Shown: positions 1-9,196, numbered from the stretch's first letter. The stretch: 64,000 bases of DNA from Candidatus Sysuimicrobium tengchongense (GCA_031460175.1 JAVKGW010000001.1:469738-533737); one strand, 5' to 3'. Notes: generated from the sequence alone by a model not told the origin. Program-made: numbers and translations.

Positions 1-572
1 ACGAAGTAGCCCCGGTGCTCCCCGCGCTCGATCTCCGCGAGGTCGTTGGCCACCATCACGTCCGCGCGGTTGTGTACGAGGGATTCGTGGGCGATCCGCA
101 CGAGCTCCTCCGGGGTCTTGCCCACCTCCATCTTGAACCCCACGAGGAACGTGTGGGGGCTCAGCTCCTTCACGAGCCGGATGGCCTTCGGCGTGGGCAC
201 AAGCCGCACCACCCACTCCTCCTCCGAGGAGACCTTTTCGGAGCGCACCTCCGCGGGGGCGAAGTCCAGCACCGCCATGGGATGCACCACCGCGTCGTAG
301 CCTGTGGGCAGTTCTGCCTGGAACACCTGGATGAGGTCCTGCACGGTCTCGATGGGGATGAGCCGGAGGGAGTCCCGGGCCCGGGCCCGGGGCTGGGGGA
401 GCTGGGAGCCGCGGCCGTACACGTAGGTGACCCGGGCTCCCGCCTGCACCGCGAGCTCCGCGATCAGCGCCCCTGTGCGACCGCTTGCCTTGTTGCTGAT
501 GTACCGCACGGCATCCAGAGGTGCCCGGGTCGGCCCGGAGGTCACGAGGAGGCGTTTCCCGGAGAGTGGCAT
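1..572 (-). CDS. coaB: phosphopantothenate--cysteine ligase (CoaB-type); 3' end runs off the window
   Basis: Own translation of the minus strand from ATG (572-570): MPLSGKRLLVTSGPTRAPLDAVRYISNKASGRTGALIAELAVQAGARVTYVYG... This fits the CoaB motif (TSGxT..D.VR.IsN.sSG). Absent from the ORF track because no stop lies inside the window. Confidence 0.75.
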   Translation of the reverse strand, partial: MPLSGKRLLVTSGPTRAPLDAVRYISNKASGRTGALIAELAVQAGARVTYVYGRGSQLPQPRARARDSLRLIPIETVQDLIQVFQAELPTGYDAVVHPMAVLDFAPAEVRSEKVSSEEEWVVRLVPTPKAIRLVKELSPHTFLVGFKMEVGKTPEELVRIAHESLVHNRADVMVANDLAEIERGEHRGYF

Positions 573-608
573 CGGACGTTCCTCCTGGGGATTTTCACCA
601 CGACACCA

Positions 609-1763
609 TCATAGGATCCCCCGGAACCACGCGAGGGGGTAGAACGTCCCCCGCCACTCGATGCCGCCCCGGCGCAGGGCCCGCCACGCGGACCGGAGCA
701 GGGCGAGCGGGAGGGCAAGCGATGCCACGGGGTGGAGGAAGACTAGCCACCATGGGCCTCCTACGAGACCCCGCAGGGTCGCGTAGGCCACAGCTAGGCA
801 AGCCCACACCCAGGCCGCGCACGCCCGGGCCAGGGAGCGGGGCGAGAAGATCGCGAGGGGGGCCATGCTGTGGGCGGCCACGAGTCCCAAGGCCAAAAGC
901 AGGGCGCGCCCAGCTCGAAAATGAGCGGCTGCGAACGCGTTCTTTTCCAGGCCCTCCACAAACCCCCAGACTCCCTCCTGCCACCGTACCCGTACGCTTC
1001 CGCGGCTGAAGAGGAATCCCTGCCGGAGGCCCGCGGCCTTGATGAGCCGGCCAAGCTCCACGTCATCCACCACCGAAAGCCGCAGCCGCTCCACCCCACC
1101 GATGGCCTCCAGGGCCGTCCGGCGCACCAGGTTAAAGGCACCGATCCCGACGTGGCCCCGGGAACGGGGATCCGCCACCCCGCCGAGCTCCTGCCGCACC
1201 CCGAACAGCAACCCGAAGACCGCCACCACGGCCCGCTCGCCGATGCCGCGCAGCTCCAGGTGCGGGAAGACCGCGAGGTGGTCGAGCCCTTCCCGCTCCG
1301 CAGCGCCCACCGCCCGGGCCAGCACATCGGGCCCGAAGACCACATCGCCGTCCGTGAAGAGCACCCAGGCCTCCGTGGCGCCCTGGACCCCCGCGTGCAG
1401 GGCGTGGGGCTTTCCGAGCCATCCCGGAGGGAGCCCGGTGATGGGCACCACCTCTAACCGAGGATCTTCCGGACGGAGGCGCTCCAGGATCTGGGCCGTA
1501 CGGTCCGTGGACCGGTCGTCCACCGCCACCACCCGCAGATCGGGATACCGCTGCGCGAGAAGCGACCGGATCGTCCGTGCCACCCGGGCCTCTTCGTTCC
1601 GGGCCGGGACCACCACCCGCAACGGGGGAAGCGGTCCCTCCGGAATCGGTACGTCCTCCAGAAAGCGGGGCCGGTACGTACCCCGATATGCCCAGACCGC
1701 ATAGGCCCAGAACAAAGCCCCCGTCGGGGCGCACAGGTCCAGCAGCCTCCCGAGGGCCCTCAC
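609..1763 (-). CDS. family-2 glycosyltransferase, membrane-associated
   Basis: VVVPARNEE..VVAVDDRSTD..FTDGDV motifs typical of GT2, with a hydrophobic C-terminal half. The ORF-track ORF runs to 1892. I prefer the GTG at 1763-1761, which forms a GTGA overlap with the queG stop. Confidence 0.7.
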   Translation of the reverse strand: MRALGRLLDLCAPTGALFWAYAVWAYRGTYRPRFLEDVPIPEGPLPPLRVVVPARNEEARVARTIRSLLAQRYPDLRVVAVDDRSTDRTAQILERLRPEDPRLEVVPITGLPPGWLGKPHALHAGVQGATEAWVLFTDGDVVFGPDVLARAVGAAEREGLDHLAVFPHLELRGIGERAVVAVFGLLFGVRQELGGVADPRSRGHVGIGAFNLVRRTALEAIGGVERLRLSVVDDVELGRLIKAAGLRQGFLFSRGSVRVRWQEGVWGFVEGLEKNAFAAAHFRAGRALLLALGLVAAHSMAPLAIFSPRSLARACAAWVWACLAVAYATLRGLVGGPWWLVFLHPVASLALPLALLRSAWRALRRGGIEWRGTFYPLAWFRGIL

Positions 1764-2908
1764 GGTGCGGAGATCTCCGGGGTCTGCAGGGCTTCCAGGA
1801 GTTCTCCCCGTACCGCGGGGTCGGGTTCTACCGCGAGCCGTGCCCGCAGGGCCTGCTGGGCCTCCTCCCCGCCGATCCGGCCCAGGGCCCATGCCGCGTG
1901 TCCCCGGATGATGGGATCCTCGTCCGCCAGAGCCTTTGCGAGGGCCGGGATCGCGCGGGGGTCCTGCAGGTTCCCCAGGGCCACGGCAGCGTTGCGCCGC
2001 AGCCCCTGCCGCTTGGCCCGCTTCAGGGCGCTGTTCCGGAACCGCTCCCGGTAAGTCTCCTCATCGAGATGCAGGAGCTCCACGAGATCCGGGTAGGCCA
2101 CGTCCCGGCGGGGCGCGAACTCCGCATGGAGGCCCTTTTTCACGAGGACGTTGTGGGGACAGACCTCCTGGCAGACGTCGCACCCGAACACCCAGGTGCC
2201 GATGAGGGGGCGGAGGGAACGGGGGATCCAGCCCCGGTGCTCGATGGTGAGGTAGCTGATGCATCGCCGGGCATCCACCACGTACGGCGCCACGATGGCC
2301 CCCGTGGGACACCGATGGAGGCAGAGGGTGCAGGCCCCGCAGGAGCCCCGGACGGGCGGATCCGGCTCCAGCGGGAGGTCCGTGAAGACCTCGCCCAGGA
2401 ACACGTAGGACCCGTGCCCGGTGCGGGTGAGGATCATGGTATTCTTGCCGAACCAGCCGAGGCCCGCCCGCTGGGCCCACGCCCGGTCCAGGGTGGGACC
2501 CGTGTCCGCGTAGGGGCGGGCGAGGCGGGCACCGTGGCCGAGGAGATCCCTGCACAGCTGCTGCAGCTTGCGCTCCATCACCCGGTGGTAGTCCTCGCCC
2601 CAGGCGTAGCACGAGACGCGGCCGCGCGGACGGCCGTCCTCGGGTTCGGGCGCGTCCCACCGGTACGCGAGGCCCACCACGATCACGGACCGCACCCCGG
2701 GCCAGGCTCGCGTGGGGTCCAGGGCCCGTTCCGCGTGCTGTGCCACGTACCCCATACTTCCCTGCATCCCCTGAGCCAGCCAACTCCGCAGCCGCTCCGC
2801 GTGGTCAGCCAACGGTTCTGCCCGGGCGATCCCCACGAGGTCAAACCCAAGCTCCCGGGCCCGGGCCTTGACCCACTCGGAGGTCACGGATCGGGTGGCG
2901 GCGGACAT
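1760..2908 (-). CDS. queG: epoxyqueuosine reductase QueG (two 4Fe-4S motifs plus C-terminal HEAT-like repeats)
   Basis: CGACTLCLHRCPTGAI and CDVCQEVCP ferredoxin-type motifs, and a C-terminal ALGNL..AIPALAKAL..HAAWALGRIG HEAT/PBS-lyase repeat. Start taken at ATG 2908 (MSAATRSVTSEWVKARARELGFDLVGIA). The track ORF extends to 3040. Confidence 0.85.
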   Translation of the reverse strand: MSAATRSVTSEWVKARARELGFDLVGIARAEPLADHAERLRSWLAQGMQGSMGYVAQHAERALDPTRAWPGVRSVIVVGLAYRWDAPEPEDGRPRGRVSCYAWGEDYHRVMERKLQQLCRDLLGHGARLARPYADTGPTLDRAWAQRAGLGWFGKNTMILTRTGHGSYVFLGEVFTDLPLEPDPPVRGSCGACTLCLHRCPTGAIVAPYVVDARRCISYLTIEHRGWIPRSLRPLIGTWVFGCDVCQEVCPHNVLVKKGLHAEFAPRRDVAYPDLVELLHLDEETYRERFRNSALKRAKRQGLRRNAAVALGNLQDPRAIPALAKALADEDPIIRGHAAWALGRIGGEEAQQALRARLAVEPDPAVRGELLEALQTPEISAP

Positions 2909-3243
2909 GTTTCCGGAGCTTCCGGCCAAAGCGCCTGTCCGCTCTCGACGGCCTCTGCGACCACGCACAGTTCCTGCCGCTTGCGGACGAACTCCTCCGG
3001 GGTGTAGCACAGGGGTTGGAGGTCCACCTCGAGATCCCACAGGTCCATGATCTGCCGCAGGCGTTCGCGCCAGGTGAGTGCCCGGAACGCCTCGGAGACG
3101 AGGAGGAGGTCGTAGTCGCTCGTCTCCAGCTCATCGCCCCGGGCCCGGGACCCGAACAGCAGGACGCGCTCCAAGGGGAACCGCTCGTGGACCCGGTGCA
3201 GGAACCGCCTCAGCCGCTTCCAGTCAACGCCGAGGTGACCCAT
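2884..3243 (-). CDS. MNT-type nucleotidyltransferase (antitoxin partner of HEPN)
   Basis: LLFGSRARGDELETSDYDLLLV is the GS-x9-12-D.D minimal nucleotidyltransferase signature. Overlaps the HEPN gene by 34 nt and the queG start by 25 nt. Confidence 0.8.
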   Translation of the reverse strand: MGHLGVDWKRLRRFLHRVHERFPLERVLLFGSRARGDELETSDYDLLLVSEAFRALTWRERLRQIMDLWDLEVDLQPLCYTPEEFVRKRQELCVVAEAVESGQALWPEAPETCPPPPDP

Positions 3244-3599
3244 GTCCGGACCCGCTCCGTGGCCTCAAGGAGCATTCCCGCCTTGCGGGCGTCGTAGTTC
3301 TCCGCGGGTACCCCGTTGGCGGCATCGGGATACCGTGAGACCGCATACTCCGGATTCAGCAGGCGCAGGTCGCTCATCACCTCCTCCGGAGCCTCCAGCA
3401 GCCGTCCCAGCTCGACCAGGTTGTGGGTTTTCGGCGGCAGGGTGCGGCGCAGCTCGATGATGGCTCCCTTCAGCCACTTTTCCGCCGCCTGATGACAGCT
3501 GAAGGCCGCGGCGAAGTAAAAACCTGCCTGCGCACTGGCCCGGGCGTGTGCCAGATCCGCCTCCGCCTGCGCAAGCCACCGTCTTGCCTCTTCCCGCAT
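3210..3599 (-). CDS. HEPN domain protein (toxin partner of MNT)
   Basis: N-terminal WLAQAEADLAHA helix, HQAAEKWLKG, and a C-terminal R-x4-6-Y/H-like AVSRYPD motif. Classic HEPN-upstream-of-MNT arrangement. Confidence 0.8.
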   Translation of the reverse strand: MREEARRWLAQAEADLAHARASAQAGFYFAAAFSCHQAAEKWLKGAIIELRRTLPPKTHNLVELGRLLEAPEEVMSDLRLLNPEYAVSRYPDAANGVPAENYDARKAGMLLEATERVRTWVTSALTGSG

Positions 3600-3655
3600 G
3601 GCTTCCCATCATCCATGGTATCGCAGGACCCAGCCCGCGCAGGCCCACCGCCGGG

Positions 3656-4018
3656 CTAGACCTCCCCGAGCATGTACCGGCGGGCGAAGTTGACCACCAC
3701 GGGGATCTCAAACCGCTCTCCCCGGTAGGCCCGCACCGCGTAGACCACGGACAGCAGCCCCCACGCCACCAGGAAGGCCAGGCCTGCGAGGAAGCGGATG
3801 ACGATGCCGAGCAGGGGAACGATCGCCACAAGGGCCGTCGCCACGTTTAGGCCCACCCAGAGCACGAACCACCCGAGGCCCCAGAACAGGGCCTGCCACC
3901 CGTGGTAACGGAGAAAAGGATCTTTCTTCATCTCCGTGAGAACCACCACCAGGGCGACGATCCAGATGGGGTAGCCGAGGGCTGCGAGGAGCCGGTTTTC
4001 GGGCGCTTCCAGGTCCAT
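3656..4018 (-). CDS. small 3-4 TM membrane protein (DUF4870/Tic20-like)
   Basis: LAALGYPIWIVALVVVL..KDPFLRYHGWQALFWGL pattern typical of the DUF4870 family. Clean hydrophobic segments. Confidence 0.55.
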   Translation of the reverse strand: MDLEAPENRLLAALGYPIWIVALVVVLTEMKKDPFLRYHGWQALFWGLGWFVLWVGLNVATALVAIVPLLGIVIRFLAGLAFLVAWGLLSVVYAVRAYRGERFEIPVVVNFARRYMLGEV

Positions 4019-4078
4019 CTGCGACCTCCCTTCCCGCCGGGTTCTCCCTAACGGTTCGCCCCGAGTGCGCCCATCCCT

Positions 4079-4115
4079 GCAAAAACGCCGGGCGGGGCCA
4101 CGAGGCCCCGCCCGG
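4079..4115 (-). terminator. rho-independent terminator of hsp20
   Basis: 12-bp GC stem CCGGGCGGGGCC/GGCCCCGCCCGG (4088-4099 / 4104-4115), loop ACGA. On the minus strand it is followed by GCGTTTTTG (plus-strand A-run 4081-4085). Lies 28 nt after the hsp20 stop. Confidence 0.8.
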
Positions 4116-4142
4116 GACCCTCGAGGAGGTCCTGCGGGGTGT

Positions 4143-4595
4143 TTACTTCACCTCCACGGGCACCTTCCGCGGACGCGCGGCCTCCGCCACGGGCAGGGAG
4201 ATCTCCAGCACCCCGTGCTGGTAGCGGGCACTCACCTGGTCGGTCTTCACCTCCCCGGGCAGGTTCACCGTCCGCTCGAAGGGCCCGTAGGTCACCTCGC
4301 AGAAGAGGTAGTCCTCCTGGGGGATGTCCATCTCCAGCTTCCGCTCGCCCCGCACGGTCAGCACGTTCCCCGTGACGGAGACGTCCACGGTCTTGGGATC
4401 CACCCCGGGGAGGAAGAACCGCAGGATCAGGTGGTCCTTGTGGTAGAAGGCCTCCAGGGGCGGGACCCACGAGGCGGCTCGGCTCGCGGGGGCGAGCTGG
4501 GTGGAGCCGAAGAAGCGGTCGAAGAGATTGCTGATCTCGCGCTGGATGGCGCGGACCTCCTCAAAGGGATCCCACCGACCCCAACGGGTCAGCAT
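4143..4595 (-). CDS. hsp20: Hsp20/alpha-crystallin small heat-shock protein
   Basis: Alpha-crystallin domain sequence (PPLEAFYHKDHLILRFFLPGVDPKTVDVSVTGNVLTVRGERK..YGPFERTVNLP..V..ARYQHGVLEISLP). ATG at 4595 is preceded by GGGAGGTG. The track start at 4604 is a GTG inside the RBS. Confidence 0.9.
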   Translation of the reverse strand: MLTRWGRWDPFEEVRAIQREISNLFDRFFGSTQLAPASRAASWVPPLEAFYHKDHLILRFFLPGVDPKTVDVSVTGNVLTVRGERKLEMDIPQEDYLFCEVTYGPFERTVNLPGEVKTDQVSARYQHGVLEISLPVAEAARPRKVPVEVK

Positions 4596-4665
4596 CTCCA
4601 CCACCTCCCGAGCTGGAGTTTCGGACGCCCGACCTCTGTCTAGGAGGGTCGCAACGTCCAGCTCT

Positions 4666-4716
4666 ACCTATAGCGCGGCTTCCGTCGGCTTGTCAAGTAC
4701 TTTCACTTGACAAGCC
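4666..4716 (-). promoter_or_regulatory. candidate sigma-70-type hsp20 promoter with a palindromic operator over the -35
   Basis: Read on the minus strand: TTGACA (4696-4691), 18-nt spacer, TATAGG (4672-4667). A perfect 12-bp inverted repeat GGCTTGTCAAGT-N6-ACTTGACAAGCC (4687-4716) covers the -35. Confidence 0.5.
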
Positions 4717-5687
4717 TCAGGGCGCTCTGCCCACCGGAAGGCCACCACGTGAAAGGTCCCCAACCGCCGGTTGCCGCTGGGGAGCCACTCCACCTGGATG
4801 GGCTGGGCGAAGTCCGGCTGCATCCGGCCGTGCTGCAGCCAGTGCTGGGCGTGGGGGTCGCCGAGGATGGCGGGATTGGCCTTGGCCACGAGCACCACGG
4901 GCCGGTCTACCAGGTGGACTTCGTCCAGCTCCGGGATCTCCCGCAGGGCCAGGAGCACGCGGTCTGCCACCTCCCGGGGTGGCTGGGGCCGCAGGTTCAC
5001 GAGCCCGATGTTTCGGGAAAGTGGGCCGATGACCTTCACGTTCGCGAGCTCGGCTGGGAAGCCGCAGTCCCGCACCGCCTCCAGGATGACCTCGTTGGCC
5101 CGCGCCACGGCCCGGCCGTGGTAGTCGGGGTTGATGAGGGGCTTGAGGAGGTGCTTGAGCTTGCAGCCCTCCCGGCCCGGGTTCTCCCCGATCTTGGTCT
5201 GCGGGGGGTCGATGCCCAGTTCCTGCGCGAGCGCCCGGATCTGGGGCTTGTCGAGGTCCAGCAACGGCGCGTAGATCCCGTTGCAGAGCTTCAGGCCCAT
5301 CTTGCCCCAGGTGTCCGAGCGGTTGGCGCCCGTGAGCACAAGCCGGCCCCGGGATGCGGCCTTCACGAGCCCCAGCTTGATCTCCCGGGTGCAGCGGTTG
5401 CAGGCGGGGCCTGCGCTCATGATCCGGTCCTGCAGGGCTTGGCCCAGTAGGCACCGCTGCGGAAGGCCCAGCCGCTCCGCCATCTCCAGGACGATCTCGT
5501 TGCCCCGGCGGTAGGCGTACTGTCCCATGTTCACGGTGACGAGCAGCACCTTCTCGGGGCCCAGGGCCTCCTTCGCGAGGGCGGCCACCACGGTGCTGTC
5601 CAGTCCCCCGCTGAAGGCCACCACCACCGGCTGCCCCCCCGCGATCCGCCGGATCTCCTCGATGAGGGATTCCCGGAGTGTGGACAT
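4668..5687 (-). CDS. PP-loop superfamily ATPase (LarE/TIGR00268-like) with extra C-terminal domain
   Basis: VVVAFSGGLDSTVVA is the SGGxDS PP-loop, and CNRCTREIK is a CxxC. Start at ATG 5687 (MSTLRES) after AGGAAG. The track ORF extends to 5756. Confidence 0.65.
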   Translation of the reverse strand: MSTLRESLIEEIRRIAGGQPVVVAFSGGLDSTVVAALAKEALGPEKVLLVTVNMGQYAYRRGNEIVLEMAERLGLPQRCLLGQALQDRIMSAGPACNRCTREIKLGLVKAASRGRLVLTGANRSDTWGKMGLKLCNGIYAPLLDLDKPQIRALAQELGIDPPQTKIGENPGREGCKLKHLLKPLINPDYHGRAVARANEVILEAVRDCGFPAELANVKVIGPLSRNIGLVNLRPQPPREVADRVLLALREIPELDEVHLVDRPVVLVAKANPAILGDPHAQHWLQHGRMQPDFAQPIQVEWLPSGNRRLGTFHVVAFRWAERPEACQVKVLDKPTEAAL

Positions 5688-5737
5688 CCCGCTTCCTAAA
5701 TTCCACAGTACCATGTTAAGTAATTTTAGGAAAACGT

Positions 5738-7348
5738 GTGCATCGGTCGATATCAATGGGGGGATCGGCGGTGAATCGGATCCTGCTGGGTGTTGGGATT
5801 CTGGGATTGCTGGTTGCGCTCAGCCTCCCGGGGCAATCTGCCCCCAGAGGGCCCGAGCCGGGAGGGACCCTGATCATCGGGCGTGGGGTGGACTCCGTCA
5901 CTCTGAGCCCGTACGCCACCGCAGCGCCGGATGCGGAGGTGATCGCCCACCTGGTGGAGACCCTCTACGAGCTCACACCGGAGGGCCGTATCGTTCCCAA
6001 GCTCGCGGAATCCATGCCGCGGGTGAGCGCCGACGGCCGCACCATGACCATCCGGCTGCGCCGGGGCATCCGGTTCCACGACGGCACCCCGTTCGATGCC
6101 TACGCGGTGAAGTGGAACTTTGACTTCATCTTGAACCCCGAAAACCGCGTGCCCTTCCGGGGCATCCTCCTGGGGGAGGTGACCAGCGTGGAGGTGGTGG
6201 ACCGGTACACGGTGCGGCTGGTGCTGCGCCGGCCCTTCGTGCCGCTCCTCGCGCACCTCACCCACGACTTCCTCGCCATCCACAGCCCCGCCGCGGTGGA
6301 GCGGGCGGGCGGCATGCGTCCCCCGAACGGCGAGCCCTACGGCCGCCAGCCCGTGGGTACGGGGCCTTTCCGGTTCCGGGAGTGGGTGCGCGGGGACCGC
6401 ATCGTGCTGGAACGCAACCCGGACTACTGGGGTCCCCGCAAGCCTCTCTTGGATCAAGTGGTATTCCGCGCCATCCCCGACGACGGTGCCCGGGTTCTGG
6501 CCCTGGAAGGCGGGCAGGTGCATGTGGCGGTGCGGGTGCCGCCCCGGGAGACCACGCGTCTAGCGCTTAACCGGGCCCTGCGCATTGACCGCACGAACAG
6601 CGTGCGCACCATCTTCATCGCCTTCAACAACCAGAAGTTCACGGACGTCCGGGTGCGGCAGGCGTTTAACTATGCGGTGAACAAGCGGGCCATCGTGCAG
6701 ACGGTGCTGGGCGGGGCCGCCCGGGTCTCGGACGCTCCCATCTCGCCCGGAATCGTTGGGTACGCGCCCATCCAGCCCGGCGGGTGGCCCTACGATGTGA
6801 ACCGGGCCAGGCAGCTGCTGGCGGAGGCCGGGCACGGAGGCGGGCTTACGGTAACGATCCTGCACCCCACGGGCCGGTACGTGCAGGATGCGGCGGTGGC
6901 AGCCGCGATACAGGCCCAGCTGCGGGCCGCGGGGATCAACGCACGGCTTCAAACCATGGAGTGGGCCGCCTACCTCGCGTACACAAACCAGCCCGTGGAC
7001 CGCACCCCCGTGGAGATGTTCATGCTGGGGTGGGGGACGGTGACGGGGGACGCGGACTACGGGCTCTACAGTCTCTTCCACAGCAGCCAGTGGGCGCCCG
7101 CGGGATTTAACCGGGCCTTCTACCGGAACCCTCAGGTGGATCAGCTTCTGGATCAGGCCCGCACCGAAACGAACCCGGCCCGGCGGGCAGACCTCTACAG
7201 GCAGGCCATGATCCTGATCTGGCGGGATGCACCCTGGATCTTCCTGCACAGCGAGTCCCAGACCACTGGCGTACGCCGGGAGGTGCAGGACCTCGTGGTG
7301 CACCCCACGGAGCGGATCCTGGCGCACACGGCCTGGCTACGCCGGTAG
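5738..7348 (+). CDS. ABC transporter substrate-binding protein, family 5 (peptide/nickel, DppA/OppA-like)
   Basis: Signal/lipobox-like N-terminus and family-5 SBP texture (LVETLYELTPEGRIVPKLAES, RGIRFHDGTPFDA, VVLERNPDYWG, DPAKRAxLYxQA-like NPARRADLYRQAM). The true start may be ATG 5756. Confidence 0.85.
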   Translation: MHRSISMGGSAVNRILLGVGILGLLVALSLPGQSAPRGPEPGGTLIIGRGVDSVTLSPYATAAPDAEVIAHLVETLYELTPEGRIVPKLAESMPRVSADGRTMTIRLRRGIRFHDGTPFDAYAVKWNFDFILNPENRVPFRGILLGEVTSVEVVDRYTVRLVLRRPFVPLLAHLTHDFLAIHSPAAVERAGGMRPPNGEPYGRQPVGTGPFRFREWVRGDRIVLERNPDYWGPRKPLLDQVVFRAIPDDGARVLALEGGQVHVAVRVPPRETTRLALNRALRIDRTNSVRTIFIAFNNQKFTDVRVRQAFNYAVNKRAIVQTVLGGAARVSDAPISPGIVGYAPIQPGGWPYDVNRARQLLAEAGHGGGLTVTILHPTGRYVQDAAVAAAIQAQLRAAGINARLQTMEWAAYLAYTNQPVDRTPVEMFMLGWGTVTGDADYGLYSLFHSSQWAPAGFNRAFYRNPQVDQLLDQARTETNPARRADLYRQAMILIWRDAPWIFLHSESQTTGVRREVQDLVVHPTERILAHTAWLRR

Positions 7349-8268
7349 TGTGGCGGTACCTCGCGAAGCGGCTGCTGCTCGCGGTCCCGGTCCTGTTCGG
7401 GGTCTCCGTGGTGGTCTTCGCCGCCATCCGCCTGATCCCCGGAGATCCCGCCCAGATCATGGCGGGGCAGGCGGCCACGCAGGAGGTGGTGGAGGAGATC
7501 CGGAGGTCTCTCGGGCTTGATCAGCCTCTCCCTGTCCAGTACCTGTACTTCCTCCGCAATGTCCTCCACGGGGACCTGGGACGTTCCCTCTTCAACGGGG
7601 CGCCCGTGGTGGAGGAGCTCGCGCAACGGTTTCCCCGCACCGTGCGGCTGGCGTTCGCAAGCCTGTTGGTGGCCACCCTCATCGGCATCCCCGCCGGGAT
7701 CGCAGCGGCCACCCACCGCCTCTCGTGGGTGGACACCCTGGTGATGGTCCTGGCCCTTGCGGGGATCTCCGTCCCGGTGTTCTGGTTGGGGCTGAACCTG
7801 ATTCTGGTCTTCTCCGTGCGGCTGGGGTGGTTGCCGGCCTTCGGGTACGAGACCTGGCGGCACCTCATCCTCCCCTCCGTGACCCTGGGGACCGCCAGCG
7901 CCGCGGTCATCGCCCGCATGACCCGATCCAGCATGCTGGAGGTCTTGGGGCAGGACTACGTGCGCACCGCCCGGGCCAAAGGCCTCCCGGAGCGGGCGGT
8001 GGTGTACCGCCACGCCCTCCGCAACGCCCTCATCCCTGTGGTCACCGTCCTCGGCCTGCAGCTCGGGACGCTGCTCTCCGGGGCTGTGCTCACGGAGACC
8101 GTGTTCGCGTGGCCTGGAATCGGGCGGCTCCTGGTGGAGGCGGTGCTGGCCCGTGACTACCCCGTGGTCCAGGGCACCATCCTTCTCATCGCCACCACCT
8201 TTGTCGTGCTCAACGTGGTGGTAGACGTCCTGTATGCGCTACTCGATCCCCGGATCCGGTATACCTAG
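7348..8268 (+). CDS. ABC transporter permease (DppB/OppB-like)
   Basis: MWRYLAKRLLLAVPVLFGVSVVVFAAIRLIPGDPA is the canonical DppB N-terminus, and the EAA-loop sequence (DYVRTARAKGL) is present. The start overlaps the upstream stop (TAGTG). Confidence 0.9.
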   Translation: MWRYLAKRLLLAVPVLFGVSVVVFAAIRLIPGDPAQIMAGQAATQEVVEEIRRSLGLDQPLPVQYLYFLRNVLHGDLGRSLFNGAPVVEELAQRFPRTVRLAFASLLVATLIGIPAGIAAATHRLSWVDTLVMVLALAGISVPVFWLGLNLILVFSVRLGWLPAFGYETWRHLILPSVTLGTASAAVIARMTRSSMLEVLGQDYVRTARAKGLPERAVVYRHALRNALIPVVTVLGLQLGTLLSGAVLTETVFAWPGIGRLLVEAVLARDYPVVQGTILLIATTFVVLNVVVDVLYALLDPRIRYT

Positions 8269-8296
8269 GTCGTCCCAGGGAGAAGCGCTCACGCAG

Positions 8297-9175
8297 ATGG
8301 CGCCCGCGGTGGATATGCGACACCTCAGGCCCACATGGTCGGCATGGGGTATAGTATGGCGGCAGCTGCGGCGGAACCGCTCGGCCCAGCTTGGTCTTGG
8401 GATTCTCACGATCTTTGCCCTGTGCGGGCTGCTGGCGCCGGCGCTCGCGCCGCGCGATCCGTATGCCTCGGACCTAGACAAGAGCCTGCGGCCGCCCAGC
8501 CGGGAGCACTGGCTGGGCACGGACGAGCTCGGCCGGGACATCCTGAGCCGCATCCTCTACGGCGCGCGTCTGTCCATGGTGATTGGGGCCCTCGCGGTGG
8601 GCATCGGGGTGGTGTTGGGGGTCCCGGTGGGGCTGATTTCCGGGTACTTCGGGGGATGGGTGGATCTGCTAACGCAGCGGCTGATCGATGTGCTGCTGGC
8701 TTTTCCCAGCACCGTGCTCGCCATCCTCATGGTGGTGATCCTCGGTGTGGGGCTGCAGAACGTGATGGTCGCGGTGGGCGTGGTATCGGTGCCCACCTAC
8801 GCACGGCTTGTGCGGGCCCAGGTGCTCTCCCTCAAGGAGCAGACCTTCGTGGAGGCTGCGCGGGCCCTGGGCGCGGGGACGGCCCGGATTCTCTTTCGCC
8901 ACCTGCTCCCCAATACTGTGGCGGTGCTCATCGTGCAGACGACTCTCCAGGTCGCAAGCGCTATCCTCTCCGCGGCTGCCTTGGGGTTTCTGGGGCTCGG
9001 CGTCCAGCAGCCCACCGCGGAGTGGGGGGCCATGCTCTCCACGGCCCGGCAGTACATCCAGCTGGCTCCCCATACCCTGGTCTTCCCGGGGCTCGCCACG
9101 ATGCTCACGGTGCTGGGGTTCAACCTCTTCGGCGATGGCCTGAGGGATGCCCTGGATCCGCGTCTGCGGCTGTAA
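8297..9175 (+). CDS. ABC transporter permease (DppC/OppC-like)
   Basis: HWLGTDELGRDILSRILYGARLS is the DppC signature, and FVEAARALGA is the EAA loop. ATG 8297 is preferred over the track start 8234. Confidence 0.9.
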   Translation: MAPAVDMRHLRPTWSAWGIVWRQLRRNRSAQLGLGILTIFALCGLLAPALAPRDPYASDLDKSLRPPSREHWLGTDELGRDILSRILYGARLSMVIGALAVGIGVVLGVPVGLISGYFGGWVDLLTQRLIDVLLAFPSTVLAILMVVILGVGLQNVMVAVGVVSVPTYARLVRAQVLSLKEQTFVEAARALGAGTARILFRHLLPNTVAVLIVQTTLQVASAILSAAALGFLGLGVQQPTAEWGAMLSTARQYIQLAPHTLVFPGLATMLTVLGFNLFGDGLRDALDPRLRL

Positions 9176-9196
9176 ATGCACTACACGGTTGAATCT

